A stretch of DNA of 60,497 bases, filler included. It is 6 parts of 6 records of this genome, joined end to end, with 100 filler letters (N's around TTAATTAATTAA, not from the genome) between each part and the next. Parts side by side here need not be neighbours in the genome. Positions count along the whole stretch, not along the records: positions 49,512 to 55,056 come from SRR2962707_410; positions 55,157 to 60,497 come from SRR2962707_414; 4 more parts are not named here. One strand, written 5' to 3'. Positions within the stretch are counted from its first letter, which is position 1, and each line of letters begins with the position of its first letter. The translations under genes and the position numbers were made by a program. Under the pieces are notes generated by a model that was not told the DNA's origin, made no database searches, and was given only the letters and a program-made list of their open reading frames with translations. This document shows, piece after piece, positions 50,134 to 60,497 of this stretch.

Positions 50134-50975
50134 GTGCGTGTTCTTTGTCCAACAAATTTCCCGGGTGGTCGCTGACCATTGAAGGCACTCACCTGTCTGT
50201 GCTGCGATGATGAACTTGTGCATGTACTTTGGGAATAGCCTGACGTGCTTCGTCACCCATGGTTTCGCCGACGCTCGAGCATCCGTCGCTAAGTGGGTCA
50301 ACAAGCACCTAATAATAAAAAAAAAGCGGCACAGATTTGTCAGCCCCTGTAAATTGGAAGAGGCACGCAATCTCAGCCAGTGTTTTCGAATGTCCAAGCA
50401 AGCACGTCAAATGTGCGTCGATACATCAACCAACCACACTGACGCCTCTCTCAAAGTGCCCAGGAATGGGGTTCTCTGTACTTACCACAGTGTACGGGTG
50501 CTGGCGTGCGTGTTGAACCACTTTTGTAGTGTTCATTAAAATAGCAATATTAGGTAATAATAAAAGCAGTAAATCTGCCATTTTAACGTATTTTATGTAG
50601 ATAATTGACGTGCCGTGATGACGCTGCGTGCATGACCGTATCTTCCGTGCGTATCTTTTGAGTCTCGACTCCGTTCTTCCCGGTCGGTGTTGCTGCTCAA
50701 GTCTCGATTTTCTTTTCGTGTTGTTGCTTCTTCTTCGTGAGCGACACTTTTCTTTGTTTTGTGGCGAGTTTGGTGGGAAAGCCGTGCATGAAAGAAAGGA
50801 AACAGCGGAAAAGTCGCTCGGGAGAGTGCCTGGCTGTGGCACGCATGCAATCCAGACGATGCGTCCTAGGCAGATAGTGGTGCGCAGCGGGCCCAGGCGA
50901 GACCTGATTTTTCTATAGGAGACGCTCTTCCGCTGCTCTATCGTTTGTTTGGTGCACCACATCTTTCCCAGTTCG

Positions 50976-52731
50976 ATGGATTTTTCCTCTTTTTTCAGTG
51001 GCTGGGCTGGCGGCGTTGTTGGAGTTCTTGCGTCCCACCCACTGGACACGATTCGGACTCACCAGGTGCGCACAGTTTTGCACATGCTGCATGCACATGA
51101 GGATTTCGAATCTTTTGGGAATGCAGGGTCCGTTTTATCAGCTAACGTTCCAGTATGGTTGTGTGTTTGTTGGTTGGTTTGCGCTATTTTGCACTCCGTA
51201 AGGCGATGACCGGGGGCTCAGTGCGGCACATCATTCGTGCGATTTTAAGCTCACCTGGTGGCGCAAGCAACTTTTTTGCTGGCGTCCTTTCACCTTGTTT
51301 CAGCGTGGGTATGTGGAAAGCAACTACGTTGGGGATTAATCATAACTTGACAAGCTTTCTTGCGAAACAGCAAGGGTTAAAAAACGTTGACAGCCCACAA
51401 GGTGACCAACTGCCGGTGTGGCAAGTGAGTACCATGCCTCGTCGTTTACATCCCTTTGCTCGATCGAGCAATGCCACGAAAACACCAAACTGAATGCTAC
51501 CTATTCACCTGCAAAATGCTCAAAATCAACGTTGCTCACTTTCGTTGTCTTGATAACTTTTCTTCACACCTGGCTGGTGATCGCAGATGTGGTTGACTGC
51601 GAGCCTTGCTGGGTCTGTGGGCACTACACTTTTCGGACCCTTCGAGCTGCTCAAGTCTCTGACGATGATTACCACGCCGAAGGCAAATACGCCAACAAAT
51701 GCAGTTTTGGGACGGTCTCCCACGACTGCCCGCACGGTAAGCGAATCACCGCTTCGCCGTGAAATCAACCTTGGTCTCCAGGTACGCGAATACAATTGTT
51801 TGTTCGTTTGTTGCTTCCGCTTGCGCAGTGCAACGCAGTGTGATTGACCAGCCCATCGTTGCCTAGATTTTGCGGACCAAAGGCCTTGGTGGTGTGACGC
51901 GTGGGTTGCCACTGCTTGTAATTCGTGATGCTTGGGGAACTGGATTTTTCATCGGGGTACGTTTGCCCGCAATTACGTGAGGACCGTTGTGGTGACGCAG
52001 AGATTGGGGATCAACTTATCCGTGACAACCGCTCGATGTGATCATGATTTTTCCGTCGATTGTTGGTGCAGGCGTACCAATTTCTAACTGACGTGTTTGT
52101 GAACACCTTTGAAGTGTCGAGACCAATTGCGGGGGCCGCGTCCGGTGTCTTGGTGAGTACTCTGTTGCTGCACTGCCTTGTCCAACAACCAAACAATGCA
52201 GTCGAATTGAAGAAACCAAGAGCACACTTGCTTTGGTTGACCTTTTCTTTTGATACGTTGGTTCTCGTTCAGGCTGGGCCCTTCGGATGGCTCGTGTGCT
52301 ACCCAATTGAGGTGTGTGAGGGCGAACACTCAAAGTTTTTTTCTTGAAAGGTACGAGCAACTGTGTGTGAGTCGTCTATTGGGTGTGACAGGTTCTGCGC
52401 ATTCAGTGGATGTGCTGTTCGGGCGACCCGAAGACCCGATGGGGTTCATACTCGGGTGCCACGAGAGCTATTTATTCGGCCGGAGGAATCGCCGCTTTTT
52501 TTCGTGGTTTCCCGGGTCCGTCTGTGCTTGTGAAAGCCGTTGCAATGTAAAACTGACATTTTGAGCTGCGTACGGGAAGTGTATTTTTCCCCCTCAGTGG
52601 TACCTTTTGCTGTGATTTGCATCTCGTTTTGGACACCCGTCAAAAATGTATGCACTTCAGCATGTTGCGTCAGATCATCGGTCCAGATCGCGACTACGAT
52701 GGCGGTGTATGAAGCAGCACTGCAACAATAG
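50976..52731 (+). CDS. Mitochondrial carrier (SLC25) family protein, multi-exon
   Basis: Three carrier signatures: SHPLDTIRT, GPFELLKS, YPIEV. Also FFSGWAGGVVG, LLVIRD and ...TMAVYE near the C-terminus. Confidence 0.88.
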
Positions 52732-52849
52732 AAAGCCAAGTTCGGTTTCAGTCCAAGCGAAGAGATATTAGATCAGACCAAACAGTTCCCAAAAAAAAAT
52801 ACCATTGCAGTTAAAATAGCCTCATGCCAAAAAAAGACCCCTTGTGGAC

Positions 52850-54755
52850 TTAGCAATCATCGCGGCCTACGTTTTTGTGGACGACGCCGATGCTTCCAGA
52901 CTTCACCTTCTCAATCTGATACGTCCTGCAGCCGCGCCAGCGCACATGCATACACATACATTACAGACAAAGTGAAAAGAAAAGCACGAGATACTGTGGA
53001 GGTGGCTGCAACTTTCCCACGCGCAGCGTGCTTACCAGTCTTCAAAACCGTCGCACGCAAGTGATTCGCCTGTGAGCACATGGCATGCATGCATGACATA
53101 GATACATACATTCAGGTGCACAACAGCACATTTGACCGACTTTAGCCAGCATACGCGAGCATCTGCCAAAAAGTAGACGAGGAAGCCTTCAAACCTCCTT
53201 TCTCTTGAATCAACTTCGCAGGGTGCGACGAGCCCACCAGAGGTCCATAGCGCTGTTCCGTTTCTCGGTACACACGCTCTGCAGTTGCATTTACAGCATA
53301 GACGTCGTCATACCTATGAACAACCAGTAGCCAGACAAAAAATCTCACTTTGCTCGTTAAGCGCACATGGCCATTCTCTAAACCACACTTTGACCACAAA
53401 GCTACTGACTGATTGGCCGCAATGTTTGTGCGGTTGCCCGTGTGCACCTGCACCAGAGCACAGAAACGTCATTTCTTGAAGCACAGTCAAGTTTCGGAAC
53501 AGTCAAGCATTCGTTTCGCTCACTCACATCGCGAGCAATCCCAAGGTCTTTATTGTGAAGGGAAATAAAAAAGCCAGGATCGAACGTCTGGTTAAACATC
53601 AACGGGACCTGGGAAGCCAAATCAATACATCACTCTGAAATGTTCACTCGTGCCACTCGAAGGCCAAACAACACACTTGAGCTGGTCAAACGCTGTTCGC
53701 ACCTCAGTCTCAAAAACGTAGGAGTTCCCAGCAGACGAGCGCACGCTGTCAAAAAAGGCATTAAGCTCGACACCGCTTTGCTTTGCCATCATCACAGCTT
53801 CCCCTGCTGCAACCAGGTGGGTAGCCTGCCGTGAAACAGAATAAGACACGAAAGTGCTCTCGTGAGGACACACGAATGTGCATAAGCAGTCCAACTTTGC
53901 TTAAGCTTGAAAAAGTTCTTACCGCAAGTTGGTTCGTAATGAGTTTGACAACACTGGCGTGACCGATCTAAGATAAAGTGTGAACAAAACCAAACAAACA
54001 AAATAGGGAAAACGCATTACCATCCGCAAAAGCATGTCAGCAGGTCGTCAACGCACAAAAAGCTGTCGTGTACAATACAAATCGCGACTAACCTCGCCAA
54101 CGTGATGAACTGTGGCACTGTACGTTTTCAACAGATCACGATGGGCATCCAGAAGAGCTTTGTCGCCACCTACTAGGACGGTCATCATGCCGGCCACAAG
54201 GAGGGCGTACCCTCCTGTGAGCGGGGCCTCCAGCACTCGGATTCCAAGTTCAGACGCAATCGCTCCAAGGCGTCTCGCTTCCTCAGGGTGGGTAGTCGTA
54301 TGGTCAATCCACGTGGTGCCTTCGGGCAGAGACGAAAGCAAGCCAGGTGAATCTGTTCCTTCACCCTCCATCACGCTTCTAACGTGCGGGGGTGCGGGCA
54401 CCGCAGTGATGAGCACATCAACCGGACCCTGGTCGTCGTTGTCCGGGTGCACTGCGCGCTCTGCCGAGTCCATCCACACCGCGCCAGCAGCCTTGAGAGC
54501 AGCCGCGTTGGCGTCAGACGGGTCGTACACGAAGACTTGGTGACCACCGCGAAGGAGGCCTTGGCTAACGGCTGTACCAATCTGCCCAGCACCAATCACA
54601 GCCACCCGCTGCGGTGATGACGACGGTGCTTCATCGTTGGAATCGGCTGCACCAACTGCTGCCCCAAAGTGGCGGCGCAACTTGCAGATTTGTCGCCGCG
54701 AGGAATACCGGTACACAGACTGAACAACCCGCCCGCGGAAAGTTCGACCAATCAT
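52850..54755 (-). CDS. NAD(P)-dependent beta-hydroxyacid dehydrogenase (3-hydroxyisobutyrate dehydrogenase-like) with predicted mitochondrial presequence, multi-exon
   Basis: Arg-rich N-terminus; VAVIGAGQIG Rossmann motif; WIDHTT; LEAPLTGG; spliced VVKLITNQL with the catalytic Lys; SAGNSYVFETE; HNKDLGIA. Confidence 0.88.
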
Positions 54756-55056
54756 GCTGAATTGAAAGCACAACTGTGCGCGGCGTTTTAAAGTGTGGAA
54801 GACACGAACAAGGGACGCCACGAACCAAACACGTCCTGGTCGAGTCAACGAGACAAGGAACAGAAAAATAATTCACGCTGAAGGGCACCCTTCTCGTACA
54901 GCTGCGAGGTGCAGAGGGCCAGAGAGCGAGCGAGAGAGTGGGAAGATCGGGACAGGTCTCAAAAGAGAGAAGTCCATGGGTATCCACAGCGGCACGTGTG
55001 TGTATCTGCGCGAGTGATTGAGTGAATGAGAGTGTGAGTGAGTGAGTGAGTGAGTG

Positions 55057-55156
55057 NNNNNNNNNNNNNNNNNNNNNNNNNNNNNNNNNNNNNNNNNNNN
55101 TTAATTAATTAANNNNNNNNNNNNNNNNNNNNNNNNNNNNNNNNNNNNNNNNNNNN
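55057..55156. other. Artificial contig spacer
   Basis: N44-TTAATTAATTAA-N44. Confidence 0.98.
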
Positions 55157-55360
55157 GAGAGAGAGAGAGAGAGAGAGAGTGAGTGAAGTGAGCAGCAGCT
55201 GAGTTCGTGAGGGAGAGCGAGTGAGAAGAGAGTGAAGCGAGCAGCAGCTCAATTCGCGATGAGTTCGTGGTGAGCTGCAGCTGCAGTCGCGAGTGATTGA
55301 GAGTCAGCAGTAGCTGAGTTCGTGAGTTGAAGTTGTGAGGGAGTGAGGCTGAGCAGCTGC
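55157..55360. repeat. (GA)n microsatellite followed by a degenerate purine-rich minisatellite
   Basis: Recurring gagtga / gagcagcagct / gagttcgtga units. Confidence 0.6.
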
Positions 55361-55814
55361 ATCGGTATTCGCATATTTAACAAAATCGACGCGCATACGG
55401 TACCACATACATCACAAAAAGATTCGCTAAAGAATCACAAACGCGAGCTGGTCCGCACCGAAAGCTGCGCATTGCCAATGATTGGTGCGTAGCATCGGCA
55501 CGGCACGCGACGCGCTCGGTTTGCCATTCGCTGCGTGTAGCCAGCTGCTCACGAATGCACGCACGGCCAGAAGGCCCGCCGAAGGGAGTCACGCTCAGTG
55601 AGCAGGCTCAAGCGCCCTCTCGCGCGCGTTTGCAAGTCCGCGCAGCGGTTCGTCTGCCTGGCAGCGAATAGCGCACAGCTTCAACATTCGAGACGCATCG
55701 GCCACGATGCGTCGTAGCAGCGCACTACGGGGAGCCCATTTCCTAGACATGCAGGACATGGACAAGGCGAAGCAATCAAGACGATGCCTGGTCGTGGCTT
55801 GTTTGCAGAGAAGG

Positions 55815-58800
55815 CTATGCACGGGGAGGCGGCCGTGTGAAACGCACGAAATCGCCAGCTGCCTCCCAACGCTCCACGATGTAAAACTCGTGCTTCTGAA
55901 GCCACTCAATGCTGCCATTGAATAACTTCAGGGCCTACAGCGTTGAATTGCACCGTAGCACGTGTCAAACGCATGTCTGTTTCAGCCATTGGCAGAATGC
56001 AGGGCATCGATGGTGGCAACATACCCTGTGAAATCGAAGGCCGAGGTGCCGCAGCTTCGCGCGACGCGCTGCCCAGTCACATCCCAAACAACAACCCTTG
56101 AATGCCTCGTGCTTGACAACACTGCACGTCAAACAAGCTATTTTTTCAACACAAATCTGAACGCACCGAAACCGCTTTCACGCCGCTGAAGTCCGAGACA
56201 CATCATCACGTCATCGGCCGCCTGCGAGTCTCGGCAGTGCACGTGGCACCTGACGGCGAATAAGGTGGCTGGGTTACGTCCGGCATCAGCGTTGGCCGAT
56301 AGCGGCACGCACGTCACCACAGGATGCACCCGAGCTCGCCAGCCGCCGCGTGCCGAAGCTCGGCGCGTGCGATACCGCAAATGAGCTGCAGCTCCGGAAG
56401 CAACAGCCGCCTCTTCGGCGTCTGCATCGAGACCAAGGCTAAGCATCGCCAAGACAACCCTCAGCGAGGCAGATAGAAGAAGGGCATTGATCTGCGCCCC
56501 AACCCACAAAAAAAAATCAACCAGTTGCAGAGGGCACAGTGCACACCTACACCATAAAAGCAAACTATTTCAAAAACCTCAGAGGCCCGCATTTTTTCGG
56601 CGCTTTGCGTCTGGCCGTGGCTGCCCTCGTCACTTCCCTCGGAATCGTCAAATTCTTCAGCGTCACTACTCCCTGCATTAATATCGATTCCCAGTTCCAG
56701 CGCAACGCTCTCGGGTGTGCCGCGAACTTTCACAACGTCGGCTGCTGAAGGCAGAGGGGATGGATGCCACAGCCCCGGAAGGCGCAAAGCGCGAACGTCC
56801 ACCTCAAATTGACGCAAGTCTGCATCGTAAATCGTGCATTTTCGCATTGTGGACTGAGCGTGCTGTTCTTGCAGAGAAGCTGCGTCAACAACCTGAAGCA
56901 CGGAGGTGCGATGGGTTCAGATGCAACTCGTCGCGTTGCAACATGGAAAAATTTGAGAACTGTGCAAAAACACACACACACACACACACGAAAACACCAC
57001 ACACTCTTGCGAAACGTACCTCCACCATTCGCCCATGCTTCAGTGCCATATTGCCTGCTTCCACGGTAAACTGCAAATTGTCGGGATACTCAACATCGTA
57101 CGTGCATGGCGGCGCAGGAATGAGCATGGACGTGGCCTTCTCCATTGTGTCTGGAGAAAGAGAGCTGCGTGGCGGCGGAGGCGAATTAGTAGGCGACCCC
57201 GTGCCACCAACACTCCCCGCTTGCGAGTCCCGCTTCGCGCTTGCGGTGCTAAAGTGTTCGGCAACGGGAGCCAGCTCAGACTTCAAAAATGCTTGCCATG
57301 TCTCCCACATGCCAGGCGCAACACCACAGTGCAGGACAAATTGTTTGAACGGTATGGACAAAAGTACTTCCGAGCGCGAACAGCATTCGTTCTGTGGGGT
57401 CGTGCAAAAAGAAATGAACACGTGAGGGGCATTCGCACGCGTAACGCACACATCTTATCAAAATAGTTGGTGCGAAACAGCACGTGCCTCCATAAAATCT
57501 TCAATCCCTGCGATGCGTGAAACCTAAGGCAACGGCCATACACACATGCACATTTGAGGCCAGCGCAGCAAAAGCACCACACACGAAGTCGGGGCTCCGA
57601 TTTTGTCAAACGCAGAGCGCACCAGCCGGTCTTTTTTGCTAAACGGGGACGAAAACTTTGTGCCACCAGACTTGAGAAGCTGCTGGTGCCGGTGGCGGTC
57701 ACGGAAAAAATTACCGGTCGTGCCCGTGCTTCCCCTCCTCTGCAGGGCACTTGAGGGCAATTTTGCGCCCCAGCCACCTTGCGGCTTGGACTCGTTTCCT
57801 CGACTACTGTGCGCCCTCGGCAACGGAAGTACGTGGTGCGAATGCTTGAATTGGGCAACGACGGTGGTGCGTAAAAGTTCAAGATTTTCAAGGTAGAAGT
57901 CAAAAGTCAGAGGCGGAGGCATTGGTAATGTGCCGCGCTTTTGCTGTGGTGGAACTAGTTCAAGTGTGTATTTTCTCGATTTGCCGTAACTTTCCTGTAA
58001 GCCAAACAAATAGTACCCGCTGAGCGCTCGCGCAAAGACGTTGCTAAAATCATCCATGTTGTGCATCACGCACGACGACCTCGTGTGGGATCAAACGACG
58101 TGCCTTTTTTGTTCCAACAATTTTCGCAACAGGGCCGGGAAACAACGCGAGCCCTTCTGGTCCTTCAGTGCGGCTTCGGGGTCGCCTGACTAAACTATCA
58201 AGAGTTTCCGGCGCCACAGGCTCGGACGCTAGTTCAATTTGGGAACGGCCCGGCGCGGAACTGGAAATTCCGCATTCACCTGTAGCAGGGCCTTCTGCAG
58301 AGGAAACAGCCTCCGGTTGTGACGTGGGCAGACCATCCGCGGAGTTTGGGGAACACGGGTCAGCATCATCCATTGCCTCCGCCGGCCACCCGTACACGGT
58401 GCCAAGCAGGTCCCGAGAAAAGGGCTGGCACGCAGCTTTAACGTTGGACGCTGTCGAAACGTCCACAAGTGGTACAGTGTCGACGCCCCGCATCTTTCCG
58501 GGAACTTGCAACAGTGCTGCATACGCCGCGATCGACTCAGCGAGCCGGTCAACGATTTTGGTTCTAAACGCACTACGTGACCGGGCGCTTGTGCTCGCGT
58601 CCGAGTCATCGCCGCAAAAGTCATTGGCGTCGTTACGACCAGTGCATGTGTCACCATTGGCACCATTGGGGAGATGTTCCTTCGATTGATCGCGTGGCCG
58701 CCGCGGACGAAGCCACTTGACTGTCACCCGGAAAGCTTGCTGGTGCAATCGCGGGTTCGACGCTGCGTGTGTCGTGGAGGCGAGCTTGCCAGTACAGCCA

Positions 58801-60263
58801 CAGTCAACTCGAACAAACTCAATAGAGTCTGCCACGCCCGCATTGCAGCTGCGGCCCACGGTGCATCGCTGCAACATGGTTTTCAAGAGCTCTTCCATCA
58901 TTATGCAAACAAGCATGAATCGTGCAGTGGTCAGCCCATCATCCTGCGACTGCTCCGGCTTGTTGTTTCCTTCGAAGTCCGCGCGGTCCACAGGGTCAGT
59001 GCAGGCAGGGGAGCGTAATGTAACAACCGACTGCAGCGTTATGACGGTGCACCACACCACGCGAGGGCGCAGCATGACAAGCTGCGCAGGAACAACATCA
59101 CGCCCACTGGTGTTGGTCGAAGGTATTCCGCGTTTGGCTCGTGGTGGATCCATCATACCTTTCAGCTCTGGTATCACGGTGGTAGCAACATCGTGTCCAA
59201 TTAGCGGCACGGAAAGGCCGTGGCGTACAACGGCGACAACGACATCACCTGGCTGCGGTTCGACAGGATAGACGTGCACAGACTGTTCGGGAGTCCCCAG
59301 TACTGAGCCAGCATTGCGGTCCGAGCCCTTGCTGCCATCAACCGCTCTGTTTTCGTTTTCAGCTTGACGGTCTTGAGAGGCAGCTGCTGGGTTGCTGCCT
59401 GCAGTCCGAGGCTCGTCGGACTCAGGGTTTCGAGCAACGACATCCTTCGAGACGCAGCGAAAGCCACCGATGGTAACGGCCTGCACAACCTGATGTGGGC
59501 GTGTCGCGAATCTATGGAAGATAAAACACTTTTTCCCCCTGCTGGAGCTGTGCGCCCGAAGGTCCCAGACCAAGGCGACTTCGCTGCCCACAGGCCCTCG
59601 GCCCCTGCCACGCGCAATTGGATCAATGCCTGCCTCGTCCGCTTGCGTGCCTGTCGTGTCTCCTCCTCCCTCTGGTTGCCCTGTCGCACCTTCACCCGTT
59701 CGGCACCGTTCCGACCGTGGCGCCCAGCAGAACGGGCTGAACAGCGAAGCTGGGAGGCCCGCGGGCAACAGCGAGCACTCCTGCAGCCACCGGCGGTGCA
59801 GTGGCAGCCTGTAGTACGCGCCAGCAGCGCTGCTCCCCGACGGCAAGCGGCCCCGCGAGTTGATCGTCGCAAGGGAGTTGAGGCGCACGCGCCCACGCCC
59901 GCGCGCACCCAACCTTGGAGTTGCCGCAGTTGCTCGATTCGGAGAGCTCGTGGGCGTGGAGGTGGACGCGGCACCTCCCGTGACCATTAGGTCCGCCGCA
60001 AAGCTGCGAGCGTCAGCTGCTTCTTGAGCGCGCTGCCTGGACGCAGCGAGTCGCTGCAGGCGTGCTTGTACAGCTGCTGCTGCTTCTTGAACAGCTGCTG
60101 CAGCCAGGTCGGCGCACGGGGCAGCGACTGCAAGTGCAAGTGGCGCCTGCAGGTGTTGTGGCGGCGCTCGGTCCGCGGGGTTGTCAGACATTGGAGAGAT
60201 TGCCGCCGCCAGCGGCGCACTCGAAAAAGCAGCAGCAGCAGCAGCGCGCGGCGCTTCGCTCAT
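55815..60263 (-). CDS. Large multi-exon hypothetical protein (>1,200 aa), no confident family
   Basis: Long first exon from MSEAPR (ATG 60263), followed by same-strand coding blocks separated by ~80-110 nt GT-AG intron-like stretches; last exon ALKLFNGSIEWLQKHEFYIVERWEAAGDFVRFTRPPPRA*. Not every junction was resolved. Confidence 0.55.
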
Positions 60264-60497
60264 TCGGCTCGACTCGAGCCGATGCTGCTGCCGAATCCAA
60301 GTCCAATTGTCAGCGCATTTGCGCCGTGTGTGAGGACAACTTGGGGCCAAAAAGACCAACGGTTCAGGAACCAGCAAAAGGCTCAGCGGAAAAAAGCGGC
60401 TTCGCAGGAGCAAGTACGCGGCTGCTTGTCAAAAGCGGGCTCACAAATTCGCGCTGTGTGTGTGTCTGTTTGTCAGTCCAACGGTCTCTGTCTCTCT

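Noticed and set aside
29347-55156. Five identical TTAATTAATTAA elements flanked by Ns as a biological repeat or CRISPR-like array
   Set aside because: Fixed 100-nt artificial linkers with stops in six frames; adjacency across them carries no biological meaning.
58040-58080. Frameshift between the 787-aa and 181-aa minus-strand ORFs
   Set aside because: A gtgcgt donor and a downstream ttacag acceptor define a plausible ordinary intron.

Overview
The window is not one locus. It is six unrelated contigs joined by artificial 100-nt spacers (44 N + TTAATTAATTAA + 44 N). Five contigs are from intron-rich eukaryote(s), probably a heterotrophic protist (stramenopile-like; inference), with ~100-nt GT-AG introns and microsatellite ends. 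Contig 1 (1-29346) is almost filled by one ~27-kb, ~27-exon gene. It encodes a protein of about 8,000 aa with EF-hands, PH, a copine-like C2, ~12-13 copies of a ~300-aa helical super-repeat and C-terminal xTFxP repeats; a convergent TLC-domain gene follows. Contig 2 holds a family-X (pol lambda-like) DNA polymerase with an unusual FHA-BRCT N-terminus and an MRH-domain (M6PR/ATG27-like) receptor. Contig 3 (36050-44136) is alphaproteobacterial: yyaL-like, ogt, qor, rho, hemJ, hemH, hemE, the chromosomal origin oriC, ppsR and maf. Contig 4 has a myristoylation-motif/EF-hand calpain-like pseudoprotease. Contig 5 has an SLC25 carrier and a beta-hydroxyacid dehydrogenase. Contig 6 has a large orphan gene. 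No CRISPR, RNA gene or mobile element is supported. The best novelty candidates are the giant modular protein, the FHA-BRCT-PolX and the pseudo-calpain. All exon models were spliced by eye and need RNA confirmation.
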